63,810 nt of DNA, filler included, from Octopus bimaculoides (GCF_001194135.2; 11 parts of 10 records of this genome joined end to end with filler, not necessarily neighbours in it), one strand, 5' to 3'. Numbered from the whole stretch's first letter, positions 25,861 through 38,760 are shown. Numbers and translations: made by a program. Notes: a model not told the origin generated them from the sequence alone.

Positions 25861-26896
25861 TTTCCGTGCTTGCTTTTTCTGTTTTTNNNNNNNNNNNNNN
25901 NNNNNNNNNNNNNNNNNNNNNNNNNNNNNNNNNNNNNNNNNNNNNNNNNNNNNNNNNNNNNNNNNNNNNNNNNNNNNNNNNNNNNNNNNNNNNNNNNNNN
26001 NNNNNNNNNNNNNNNNNNNNNNNNNNNNNNNNNNNNNNNNNNNNNNNNNNNNNNNNNNNNNNNNNNNNNNNNNNNNNNNNNNNNNNNNNNNNNNNNNNNN
26101 NNNNNNNNNNNNNNNNNNNNNNNNNNNNNNNNNNNNNNNNNNNNNNNNNNNNNNNNNNNNNNNNNNNNNNNNNNNNNNNNNNNNNNNNNNNNNNNNNNNN
26201 NNNNNNNNNNNNNNNNNNNNNNNNNNNNNNNNNNNNNNNNNNNNNNNNNNNNNNNNNNNNNNNNNNNNNNNNNNNNNNNNNNNNNNNNNNNNNNNNNNNN
26301 NNNNNNNNNNNNNNNNNNNNNNNNNNNNNNNNNNNNNNNNNNNNNNNNNNNNNNNNNNNNNNNNNNNNNNNNNNNNNNNNNNNNNNNNNNNNNNNNNNNN
26401 NNNNNNNNNNNNNNNNNNNNNNNNNNNNNNNNNNNNNNNNNNNNNNNNNNNNNNNNNNNNNNNNNNNNNNNNNNNNNNNNNNNNNNNNNNNNNNNNNNNN
26501 NNNNNNNNNNNNNNNNNNNNNNNNNNNNNNNNNNNNNNNNNNNNNNNNNNNNNNNNNNNNNNNNNNNNNNNNNNNNNNNNNNNNNNNNNNNNNNNNNNNN
26601 NNNNNNNNNNNNNNNNNNNNNNNNNNNNNNNNNNNNNNNNNNNNNNNNNNNNNNNNNNNNNNNNNNNNNNNNNNNNNNNNNNNNNNNNNNNNNNNNNNNN
26701 NNNNNNNNNNNNNNNNNNNNNNNNNNNNNNNNAATAAACTCCAGAAGGAGCCACTTCCTATTACAAAAACCCAATAGGGTCGAAGTGTATAGACTTATAC
26801 ACCTCTTCTACAAAAAATATTTTAAAACTGCAAAATGTTTGACATATAAAAGGCCAACTTACTTGCGAGCCGATGCGACTAGCATCCGTCCAGATC

Positions 26897-26963
<67 letters not shown>

Positions 26964-26974
26964 TGATAGAGACA

Positions 26975-27600
26975 GGAAATGGAATATACGAGAAATTTTA
27001 TTGCTCACAATGATCGTTTCAACCTATTTTACATCGATCCCTTGCGGGTAGGATACTGTACGATTACTTGTGGTGCATCCTTCGGTGGAGAAATATCACG
27101 TAAGGTGATTTTATAAGGGGTATCTCGTTAAACTGCTCCAGTCTTTGGAATGTCATTATCGCTGTATGTGGCCGAGCGTTCCTGATAGAAAAACACCTTT
27201 CGTTTTGAAACCAAAGATAGTCGTTTTTCTTCTAGCGCTGACTTGAATGACTGGTTCAATGACCAGCTTCTCTGCTAGTTCCTCAACAGTTACGATGGGA
27301 CTTTGTTCCACCAGGGTTTGCAGGACGTCCTCGTCAAGCTCTACAGAACTTCCAGGACGAAGCTCGTCTCATAGGCTGTAGTTTCCGGCTCAGGATTTCT
27401 AGAACCACCGTTGACACTGGGTTATGCATATTGTCTGATCCCATATATTGTATTAATATTCCTCGCACTTTCCGTTGCATCAATGCCTTTATTGAACTCA
27501 TAAAGCAAAATATGCCGAATATTGTCACTTCCATTATAGCTTTGAAAATAAAACTGTTAAAATCAAACTGCACTCTTCAAAACTTGCACAAAGAATAAGT
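26975..27600 (-). mobile_element. Internally deleted mariner transposon
   Basis: ATG at 27534 gives MEVT..IFGIF.. (frameshifted N-terminal HTH), then EDVLQTLVEQSPIVTVEELAEKL, joined directly to an ...NARPHTA.. catalytic-domain remnant. Confidence 0.7.
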
Positions 27601-27713
27601 ACAAGGTAAAATTTCTACCTGCTTTTATAATAAGTTAGTGCAGGTATTTATCCTGTCCCTCTCCGACTTTTAGTTCATGCAATTGAAAAAACCGCATTAT
27701 TTATGGGATGACC

Positions 27714-27752
<39 letters not shown>

Positions 27753-28213
27753 NNNNNNNNNNNNNNNNNNNNNNNNNNNNNNNNNNNNNNNNNNNNNNNN
27801 NNNNNNNNNNNNNNNNNNNNNNNNNNNNNNNNNNNNNNNNNNNNNNNNNNNNNNNNNNNNNNNNNNNNNNNNNNNNNNNNNNNNNNNNNNNNNNNNNNNN
27901 NNNNNNNNNNNNNNNNNNNNNNNNNNNNNNNNNNNNNNNNNNNNNNNNNNNNNNNNNNNNNNNNNNNNNNNNNNNNNNNNNNNNNNNNNNNNNNNNNNNN
28001 NNNNNNNNNNNNNNNNNNNNNNNNNNNNNNNNNNNNNNNNNNNNNNNNNNNNNNNNNNNNNNNNNNNNNNNNNNNNNNNNNNNNNNNNNNNNNNNNNNNN
28101 NNNNNNNNNNNNNNNNNNNNNNNNNNNNNNNNNNNNNNNNNNNNNNNNNNNNNNNNNNNNNNNNNNNNNNNNNNNNNNNNNNNNNNNNNNNNNNNNNNNN
28201 NNNNNNNNNNNNG

Positions 28214-29155
28214 GCAGTCTCGTTTGCAGAGGTCACACCTATACGTTGAATCCGGTCAGTTGGTTGTCATTTCTTTTCTGCGGGCTCGGTTTTCAGCTGC
28301 TCGGTTTTCAGCTGCTGCCACCCTCAAATTCTCTTCGCCGGTCTGCAGTTGTTTGTGAAGAGTGTCTTTCCAGCTGGTTCGGTCGGCTGCGAGATCCTCC
28401 CAGGAATTGGTGTTGATGCCAAGTGCCTTCATGAACCTCCTGCACACGTCCCCGTACCTCAGCTTCGGGCGGCCAATGTTTCTCATCCCTGCGGCAAGCT
28501 CTCCGAAAAGGACATCCTTTGGGATCCGACCATCCTCCATACGGCCAACGTGGCCAAACCAGCGCAGCCGACGTTGTCTTAGCAAGGTGAGCATGGTGGG
28601 AAGGCCAGCACGAGACAGAACGTCAGTATTGGTTACTTTGTCTAGCCAGGAGATGCCGAGTATCCGTCGGAGGCTTGAGGTGGAAGGTGTTGAGCCGTTT
28701 CTCCTGGCGGGCATACGCGGTCCATGTCTCGCTGCTGTATAGCAGGGTGCTGAGGACGCAAGCACTGTACACAGCCATTTTCGCTTTCACTGTTAGCTTG
28801 GGGTTTGTCCACACTCTTGGCGTGAGGCGAGCGAATGTTGTGGCTGCCTTCCCGATCCTCTTGTCTATCTCAGCATCTAGAGAGAGGTTGTCGGTGATAG
28901 TGGAACCAAGGTACATGAACTGGTGAACAACCTCGAGCTCATAGCTGTCGATGGTGATGACAGGTGGTGCCGTCGTGTCTTGACCTATAACGTTTCTCTT
29001 CTTCAGACTGATAGTCATCCCGAAGTCTTTGCAGGCCTCAGCTAAGCAATCCATCAGCAGCTGCAGTTCCCTCTGAGTGTGAGTCGCAACTGCAGCGTCA
29101 TCAGCGAACAGCATGTCTCTAACGAGGACTTCACTCTCGCATTCGTTCGACACAA
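28214..29155 (-). mobile_element. RTE-clade (BovB-like) LINE, 5'-truncated, RT C-terminal half
   Basis: ORFs 28623-29153 (DMLFADDAA, EVVHQFMYLGSTI, EIDKRIGKAATTFARL) and 28256-28765 (RRILGISWLDKVTN, RLRWFGHVGRMEDGRIPKDVLFGEL, GRPKLRY), with a terminal CDLCKRDC zinc motif next to the gap. One frameshift. Confidence 0.92.
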
Positions 29156-29835
29156 TTCAACGTTGCACATACATGTATACAGACGCATATAAATGCAAGC
29201 ATGTGCATATACATATACACATACACATACATATAGACACATACGTGTCTATATGTATGTGTGAATGTCTACATAGATATATAAATACACTTATATATAT
29301 GTGTACACATACGCACGCGCGTGCACATACAATGACATACACACATACAATCACGCACAACCACACACACACATACCCACACACGCACACATACACACAC
29401 ACAAGACATTTGTTGCCTTTTACAATCGGTTTGATTACCTATACCTGTTCCTCTCTAAGTTTGGACCAGTGGAAAGTCTTCCTCTAGCACAGCTCGGTGT
29501 TTTACTAGAGAAAGTTAAACCCGATAAAGTTTGGTACCAGTGTTCTGGCAGCATTTACAGTAGGAATACAAAGAGCCGCAACCGCTACCGTAATGCATCT
29601 AGCCTGACGGTAATGCATCTAGCCTGACGGTCTAACACATTGGACTCGTTGTCTTTTGAGGACGAAAGAAAGATAAAATCAAAATTCACCTCAATGAGAT
29701 CTGAGTGCAGGAAGCCGGGACAAATACAAGCCATTCTATCCGATGCTCTAACAACTATGCCAATTTTCCTTATGTGTGAGTATAAATTCGTGTGTATGTG
29801 TGTGTGTGTGTGTGCGTGCGTGTGTGTGTGTGTGT

Positions 29836-29877
<42 letters not shown>

Positions 29878-30657
29878 NNNNNNNNNNNNNNNNNNNNNNN
29901 NNNNNNNNNNNNNNNNNNNNNNNNNNNNNNNNNNNNNNNNNNNNNNNNNNNNNNNNNNNNNNNNNNNNNNNNNNNNNNNNNNNNNNNNNNNNNNNNNNNN
30001 NNNNNNNNNNNNNNNNNNNNNNNNNNNNNNNNNNNNNNNNNNNNNNNNNNNNNNNNNNNNNNNNNNNNNNNNNNNNNNNNNNNNNNNNNNNNNNNNNNNN
30101 NNNNNNNNNNNNNNNNNNNNNNNNNNNNNNNNNNNNNNNNNNNNNNNNNNNNNNNNNNNNNNNNNNNNNNNNNNNNNNNNNNNNNNNNNNNNNNNNNNNN
30201 NNNNNNNNNNNNNNNNNNNNNNNNNNNNNNNNNNNNNNNNNNNNNNNNNNNNNNNNNNNNNNNNNNNNNNNNNNNNNNNNNNNNNNNNNNNNNNNNNNNN
30301 NNNNNNNNNNNNNNNNNNNNNNNNNNNNNNNNNNNNNNNNNNNNNNNNNNNNNNNNNNNNNNNNNNNNNNNNNNNNNNNNNNNNNNNNNNNNNNNNNNNN
30401 NNNNNNNNNNNNNNNNNNNNNNNNNNNNNNNNNNNNNNNNNNNNNNNNNNNNNNNNNNNNNNNNNNNNNNNNNNNNNNNNNNNNNNNNNNNNNNNNNNNN
30501 NNNNNNNNNNNNNNNNNNNNNNNNNNNNNNNNNNNNNNNNNNNNNNNNTGAGGAGGGTATTGGATTTAACCAAACCCAAGAGGATACAGGTAATACCGAG
30601 TAAGTGGTGTATACTTTTTTATTTTTATATATTTACATATATATATATATATATATG

Positions 30658-31040
30658 CTTTGATACTTTGATAGGTTTCGCCAGTATTGCCCCGGGCTAT
30701 GTCTAACTCAATAGCACCACTTGACAAAGTCATTCAAATCAGGAATCGGACAACATGGCCTGTTCAAGTAGAGAGTTATTGTTTACGGAGACATATCCGG
30801 GTGTAGGAGGTCTATCCGGGATTCTTCGAAGGAATTTGTCCAAAGACTTCTTTAACTTTATGGGGTTTGTCTCTGCTTTAGTGTGTTTTGATGTAATATT
30901 AAAGAGAGCAGGGCCAATTGAGGTAAAATAATTGTGCCTTATTGTTGTTATGCGATGTATGATTTTTGTTGTGGGCGGATAGTACGGGGCTCAAGTCTTG
31001 GTTGTATCTTGAAGGTGATGCCAACATCATTTGGGTAATG
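30658..31040 (-). mobile_element. CR1-group LINE 3' end fragment, a different family from the 33-36 kb element
   Basis: The minus strand reads YFTSIGPALFNITSKHTKAETNPIKLKKSLDKFLRRIPDRPPTPGYVSVNNNSLL, then a short 3' UTR and a (TATCAAAG)2 tail. Confidence 0.75.
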
Positions 31041-31057
31041 CTGATGGAAGTGCTACC

Positions 31058-31980
31058 CGTCAAACTGTTTCTATCGTACCTAAAGGAACTCCTGCAGACG
31101 AACTTAATGCGTGCTTAAAGAAATCGTAATTAAAGAAATTACAGAATTTAATTAAATTAAAAAATGTAATGTAATTAAAGAAATTAGAGAAATCGTTTCG
31201 TGACAACGTTAAAACTAACGATCAACATGGTAAATCTTCGGAGTTCTTTTCATCATTGATGCTGGACATAGGCAATTGCCAGATTTCCATAGATGAACAG
31301 GGATTCATCGACATATCAAGCAGTGGACACATTGCATTCAGTCTGTAAGAATTGTGCACTTACGGCTACACCAGCCTTTCAATCAACTACACGAACACAA
31401 AATAGCTTCGAGATCGAGCTGTACTCGCACTGACGAATTCAGTTGTCAACTCAATAAACACCGACCTCCTTTGATAACTTCCCTGTGACGAGCACTGTTA
31501 CTACTCCATCGATTCAGTTACCGACCTCTACCAAATAATACACTTTCGAGTCGAATTTCTCAACCCACAAGACCTACCTGAACTCCTACCCCATGCACTT
31601 CACTTGAAAGTCGGCTGTCCTGTCATCCTCCTTCGTAATCTCAATGCACCTACATTATGCAACGGAACTCGACTCGTGATCCAGCAGACGATGGACGCGG
31701 CAAAGGGAAAGTCGTCTTCATTCCTAAAATTCCGCTGACTCCGACTGACTGCCCGTTCCCAGTGAGGAGATTTCAATTTCTTATCAAACTAAGTTTCGCA
31801 ATGACCATCAACAAGGCCCAAGGGCAATCCCTTAAGGTTGTCGGATTCGATCTTAGAACGCCATGTTTTGCCCACGGACAATTCTACGTCGGCTGCTAAA
31901 GAGTTGGGAATCCTGATAACTTATTCATCTATGCTCCAGATGACAAAACGAAAACTGTTATCTACGAAGCGCGTAGATAT
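31058..31980 (+). mobile_element. Helitron Pif1-type helicase C-terminal relic
   Basis: [51 protein letters not shown] and [46 protein letters not shown] are present, with multiple stops and frameshifts. Confidence 0.88.
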
Positions 31981-32301
31981 TTCCTTACACCATTTATGTA
32001 GCTGTTTCTGACATGAAATTTATCTTTCATGTAAAACAACTATATTTTGTAGCCATTATCCGTAATCTACTCCCAAAACACTTCAGCAGCTCTACTTTGC
32101 ATCGCTTGCAAACTTATATGTTCTATGATCATTAAAGTGCAACGACCTCAACAATAACCAGCCTTCAATTTGGTTTTCCGTTCCTAGGTTAATCGGAAAA
32201 TAGATTGCCGTGCTACTCATAAACCTTCTCGGTAGTTTAATTATTTGATTTTAAAAAATGCCACAAAATCAACTTAAACCGTCCAAAGGACTGGTTCATT
32301 T

Positions 32302-32388
<87 letters not shown>

Positions 32389-32468
32389 TGTGTGTGTATG
32401 TGTGTGTAAATGCATGTATGTGTATGAAAACCCACACACACTCACACACATATATATATATATGTATG

Positions 32469-32539
<71 letters not shown>

Positions 32540-32541
<2 letters not shown>

Positions 32542-35500
32542 TCCCCCCACTTGGTAGACACTCAAGGAGCAAAGAAGAAGATATAAGCGAGAAATTTGCC
32601 AGGAAAGGGAACCCAAATGCAAGCGGCTTACCACCATTGAAGTGAAAAACTGAGGCAGTGAAAGAGCCAAGAAAGGACAACCAAATAAAGCGAAAAAGAA
32701 AACAAGAGATGAAACAACCGAAGAAAGAAGCAAGCCTGACTACCCATACAACAAAAAGAGTAAAAAGAGACAGCACACACGAATATGTAAGCTCTACTTG
32801 AAAGGTGTCTGCTGGCATGGAGAGGAAGGCGCAAACTGCCGTCTTGCACACCAAAATCCCTGCAACACCAACATGAAACCGGGTGGAAACTATCCGCGAA
32901 AGGAAAGGATCACATACCACCTGCCCCAAAACAGAAATACGCAGATGTAGAGCGCACTACAAACCAGTCCTATCAACATGTAGATGAAAGGGCAGCTGCT
33001 GAACAACAATCTTTTTTGTGCATTGCACAAAAAATTGTACTGCAACTGACCTGGCTACATCAATCTCGCAGATGGGACTATCCCCAACACACAAGACCAC
33101 CACAGCAAATGGACCCAAGGTGGACACCACTGGCAACAACACAGACATCACATCGGTCCTCTTAGAGTACTGTTAACGTTTAATAACAGGACTAGAATTC
33201 CTTTCCTGAGAGTCCTTGTTGCATGCAATCAAGCCTTATGCACAGCGCTTATGGAAACGTACCTAAAACTAGATATAGCAAATACAGAAATACACATACC
33301 AAAGTATGTTGTATTACGGTGGTGTTGCTATGTACATCCGCGAAGATCTCAAACCCCAAGTCTTTTTGTCACACTCAAATTCAGTATATGACACACTAAT
33401 TGTACAAATAAGACAACTCGATGTTGTTATATGTACTATATATCGTCCTCCAGATGCTCCGAATCAAGCGGACAAGTTTGAAGACTACCTACCAAAAATA
33501 GAAGTTCTAGTTACATTAGAACACATAAGTGTATTTCTTAAGGGAGACTTCAAGCTGCCCAAATGTCGGATGGTCTGAGGGCCTTTCTCTCCCAGGAATG
33601 ACGCGTTGCGAACAAGGACAGGTGAAGTCCCTCCTGAACCTCATCAACACTTTGTGCATGGAACAAATAGTATTTCAACCAACCATGGCAGGTAATATAC
33701 TGGATCTCTACTTCACAAATAATATGGATCTCATTCATAATGTGAAAGTGACACCGACGCTAATCACGGATCACAATATGGTAGAGCCGACCATGTACGA
33801 ACCAAAGGAAGCCATCGGCATGCAGCCTATAAGAAACTCTCAAAATGTTCCCAGCCTGAACTTACATAAGGCAAACTGGAAACAAATTGAGAAAGAGATC
33901 CTCAAACAAAACTGGCCTTAATGTCTTATCTCACCGGACATCGACATGAAACTTCAACACTTCATGTCTGTTTGCAAGCGATATGCTACAAATGTGTCCT
34001 GGAGAGAAAGGCCACTGTACACAAGAACAAAATACCAAGGGAGAGGAAAGTTATTATGAGACAGCATACAAACGTTTCAAATCGCCTAAACACACAAATT
34101 GAAATCATTGAAAATCCCGCTTGAAAATACAACTGCTGGAGATTGAAAAAAATCTGCAACTCTCCCGTGAAAAAGAAAGAGCCCACAAAGAAGCCTGGGC
34201 TATAGACAATATAAAATCTAACGCCAGAGCCTTCTGCAAGTTTGCCTAAGAAACAGCCTCGGTGCACTGCATAATATGGCCACTCCTCGAAAAAGAGAGG
34301 ATTCACTCACAGCAAACCCAATGAGAATAAGTGAAATACTAAATGAGCAATCGAAAAGTGTTTTCACTCAACCCCTAAAACACTTGAAAGTCAGCAATCC
34401 AGCTGACTACGCCACCGCAGATATAAAAACAGAGGCAGTGATGATTGATTGCATCAATATAAAAGAAGACGATGTAATAAGGGTTATAGATGGGATGAAC
34501 CCGAACTCAGCTACTAGCCCTGATGGATTCCCAGTAATCCTTCTAAAATCATGTAAGCGAGTCCTAGCAAGACCACTGCAGTCGCTCTTCCAGAGCTTCT
34601 TTGCAACTACAAACTGCCAAACAAGCTGAAGGAAGGGAAAATATGCCCCATCCACAAAGAAGGTATCAGAGCAGAGGCCAAAAACTACAGACCTATCTCT
34701 CTGACCTTGCACATCAGCAAAATCATGAAACGAATAGTCAGAAGAAAACTAATCACCTGCCTTGAGGAAAATGACTTGGTGACTGACACCCAACGTGGTT
34801 TCCAACCAGAAAGAAGCTACCTGGCTCTTACAACACTATGACTGGGTGTTGAAACAGCTGCTCGACCATTCAAATGTGGATGTAATATATCTCGACTTTG
34901 CAAGTCGATCATGGAATATGTCACAAACTGCGTGATTTCGGCATAGTCGAGAAATTAGGAGGATGGCTGCATGACTTTCTGAAAGATAGAAATCAAGCAG
35001 GAGTAACCAATGGGGCCACCTCCAATGACACGCAAATAGTGAGTGAGACACGCAGGGCATTTGGGGGGTGGGGTGGAACCACTACTGTTCATAATGGCCC
35101 TCTCAGATATGCCCTCAGTCACACAGTTGGCCATGATCACAAATTATGCAGATGATACAAAAGTCTCACAGGTGATACAGAACCCTGAAGACGCTATGAA
35201 CCTGCAACCTGAGTTAGATGAAATATACAAGTATGCTAAGAAGAATAGAATGCAGTTAAATGCTGAAAAGTTTCAAGCCCTACACTATCAGCATGCAAAA
35301 CTAAATGCAATACCGATTAGATACCCTGGACCGGGAGGGATTGCAATCCCAGAGACACGGTCAGTGCGAGATTTGAGTATTTACATGAGTGATGATGCAT
35401 CCTTCCATGTGCATGTTGCTAAGTTGGCAATTAAATGTAGGCGGTTGACCGCCGGATGGATTCTTAGAACTTTTAAAACGAGAGATCAGGGAACCATGAT

Positions 35501-36137
35501 GGTCCTTTGGAGGACATTTGTCTTTAGCCACTTTGACTATTGCTCCCAGCTATGGTCACCAACCAGTGTAAAATTAATTGCAGATCTTGAGGCAATCCAA
35601 CGAAGCTACAAGAAGAAGATAGCCTCTATGCAGCATATAAGCTACTGGGAAAGACTCAAGAGATTGACACTCTATACCCTGGAGCATAGGCGGGAAAGTG
35701 ATGCCGTAATATACATCTGGAATATCTTGGAGTGACTTGTCCCAAACTTTGGCATTGATAGTTACACTAACGCTAGAACAGGGCGCCACTGCATAGTGCT
35801 AAAGACTCCAATTTTGCCATCAAAACATAGGACAAGCTATTGCAATAGCCTGGGCTTTAAAGGCCCACAGCTCTTCAATATCTTCCAGAAGGATCTGAGA
35901 GACCTACATGGGGTGGATGTAGATTTCTTCAAAGCAAAACTAGATCTTTTACTGTCAAGAGTCCCAGCTGAACCAGCTTCACAGCTGTGCAAATGAGGGC
36001 AGCGACATCAAACTCCCTCATGCACCAAATGTAAGTTCTAAAAAGAATTAGTGAAGTAAAAATTATGTAGCAACACCAAATGGCGGTGCCCCATCAAGGC
36101 CACAGCTCGTGAGCTGAAAGTAGTTCAATTCAATTCA
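32540..36137 (+). mobile_element. Near full-length degenerate CR1/L2-group LINE (CCCH ORF1, APE endonuclease, RT)
   Basis: ORF1 finger CKLYLKGVCWHGEEGANCRLAH. APE motifs GGVAMYIRE, TIYRPPD, GDFK and LDLYFTN. RT motifs SPDGFP, NYRPISLT, YLDF and YADDTK. C-terminus FDYCSQLWSP...YWERLK.L.LYTLE.RR and a (TTCAA)n tail at 36124-36137. Many frameshifts; the 5' boundary is approximate. Confidence 0.92.
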
Positions 36138-37433
36138 CGCACACATACACACACACACACACACACGCACGCACGTACACACTCACGCACGCACGCACAC
36201 ACACACACACATACACACACACACACAGAGAAAGAGCGGTTGTGAGTGTTTTACGTGTTTATATGTTTATGGTTGTGTCCTTGTGACCTATTTAGAAATC
36301 AATATCATTTTGATTCATGTTAACAGGATTATAAAGCTTTATATGGGGTAATCTCTTCTTTGCACGCTGACGTTATTTAACGAACAGCTTGGAAACTAAA
36401 ATATACAATATAAACGAGTATAGTTATTTATGTATGAAAACAGTATATAGTAAGCCTTAAGGTATTTTCGTTTTATAGCAAGAAATATATTTACGTACTA
36501 TTACGTAATTTATTTTATATATGTGGGTTGGTGTGTTTGAGTTTAATTCTTGCTGCAGAACAAATGTACCGTGAGTGTATGTGTGTTTACGTGTGTGTCA
36601 CTGTGTTCTAAAGTGATTAGGTAGATCAGCTCAGAAAGGAATGAGGAAATGCAAAAAAAAATGAGTGCAAACGTCTGAGTGGTGAGCGAATGTGATGGAT
36701 GTAGTAAAGAAATTAAAAATATACTCCAAGTATCAAACAGTGCTATAACGCTAATAACGATATCGCAACGACCGCCACTAACACCAACATCCCCACCACC
36801 ACACCATCACTACTACTGCTACTATTGCTGCTACTGCAGCTGTAACTGATATTACTGCTGTGGTTCAGCTCTGGTTATCAATCTTTAATGCCCATATGTT
36901 GTTTAAACAAATCCGTGCTTTTCCGTTGGATTCGACCTCTGATTTCTTCGACTGTTTGTCAGATGTGCGTTGAGTTCTAGTCTTAGTAACCAAGTTTTCT
37001 TCATTGTTTGGAAGTTCCCAATTAGGCAAGTGTTTCCCTGAAAAAGATAACATGTAAAAGGTAAACCGGCGAACAACTTCAACTAATGTAGGAACAGAGG
37101 AGAGAGAGAAAAAGAGAAAGAGAGAGAAAAAGAGAAAGAGAGAGAACAGAGAAAGAGAGAGAAAAAGAGAAAGAGAGAGAAAAAGAGAAAGAGAGAGAAA
37201 AAGAGAAAGAGAGAGAAATAAGGATGATGTGAGAATGGATGGGATAGACCTAGGATGTATGAGTAAGGAAGGCGTAGAAAAGGCACAAAGAGAGTGGGAG
37301 AAAAGAAAGGATAGTAAAATAAGCGTAGCACACCATCCTAGCATTTGGGTTTGCGTAGTCGCAGTGTTTAGAATTTCGCACCTCTGTGCTCAACCCTACC
37401 GTGTGGTACCCATTGGTATTTTTTCGAAAGGAT

Positions 37434-37636
37434 TTTATCTTTTATCTTTTACTTGTTAAAGTCATTAGATTGCGGCTATGCCGTGGCATCGCCTTGAAGA
37501 GTTTAGTCGAACAAATCGAACACAGTACACGTTTTCTAAATCTACTACTTATCTTTTCGCCAAATCACTAAGTTATGGGGACGTAAACAAACCAACACTG
37601 GTTGTCAAGCGGCAGTGGGGAACAAACCCAAAGACA
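37434..37636 (-). mobile_element. SINE 3' half (family B tail)
   Basis: The reverse complement ends cttcaaggcgatgccacggcatagccgcaatctaatgactttaacaagtaaaagataaaaga, homologous to 57581-57640 and 63030-63090. Confidence 0.75.
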
Positions 37637-38030
37637 CATACATATATACACACAGTTTCCGTCTACCGAATTCTCTCACAAGGGACTAGTCGGAACGGAT
37701 AGTAGAAGTCACTTGCCAAGGTACCATGCAATGGGACGGAACCCGAAACCACATGTTTGCAAGGCGACGTTATTAATCACACAGTCTCGTTTGCGCCATT
37801 TAGAAATGGACAAGATCCAGAAGTACCCGTGGCAAATGCGGAGCAAGCTCTAACTCTTCACATCGATTTAAAAATCAGCTTATCGATGGATCCATATATG
37901 GGACGCATCAGATATTAAGCTGAATTTTTCCAACTGAATGTATATCTTGTGACTCGAGTTTCACGCCACGGTGAACTTCAGTTAAGAATATATGTATATG
38001 TGTATATGCGCGCGTGCGCACGCACACACA

Positions 38031-38084
<54 letters not shown>

Positions 38085-38096
38085 CACACACAAAGA

Positions 38097-38760
38097 TACA
38101 TTCCAAAAGTTTTGAGACTTTTTTCAGCAGATATTTATTTTCAAAGAAATGCAAACCTTCAAAGTAGGATCCTCTGTCGTCAATGCACTTCTTGTAGCGC
38201 TTCTTGGGGCCATTTAGTGAAGGCCCCACTGAAGTCTTTCAAAGGAAAGGTGTCTAGGACCCTTGTCATTGCCTCCCTTATCTTCTCCTTCAGTTTGGAG
38301 AACAGCCAAAAGTCACAGGGAGAAAGTTTAGATTGTAGGGAGAGTAAGGGACAGTTTTGATACTAACTCTGGTCAACTAGTTGGTTACCAAGGCGGATTT
38401 GTGGACTGATACATTATTCTGGTGCAAGTGCATTATTCTGGCCTTGTGCGACGAAATCACTTCCTGGTCTCTCTCTAAACCTCCACAAGGTACTCTTTGC
38501 TGACCGTCTGGCAGAGGAAACCCAGAGGATGTAGATGATGTCCTTGCTATCGAAAAGGGTGATCAACATGAGCTTCCTGGTGGATATGCTTTGCTCTAGT
38601 TATTGTAACAGCCCATACAAGTTAATCCATAAGCAGTGTGGAGTTTCTCATAAGTTTCTGTTGTCATTGGCCCAGTTTAACACAAAACTTTACTACCGAG
38701 TGAGCTCTCAACTTGTCTTCCCGTCTCGACTGCTTTCTGCACTTTTCTGTGTACTTTCTG
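38097..38760 (-). mobile_element. Internally deleted mariner transposon
   Basis: Minus-strand pieces FCVKLG...TETYEKLHTAYG (N-terminal HTH), KLMLITLFDSKDIIY, LSPCDFWLFSKL and KRYKKCIDDRGSYFEG, with a terminal TIR-like aaaaagtctcaaaacttttggaatgta. Confidence 0.8.

Noticed and set aside
6344-29631. Short perfect tandem duplications (17 nt at 6344-6377; 20 nt at 29590-29629)
   Set aside because: Ordinary slippage duplications with no further structure.
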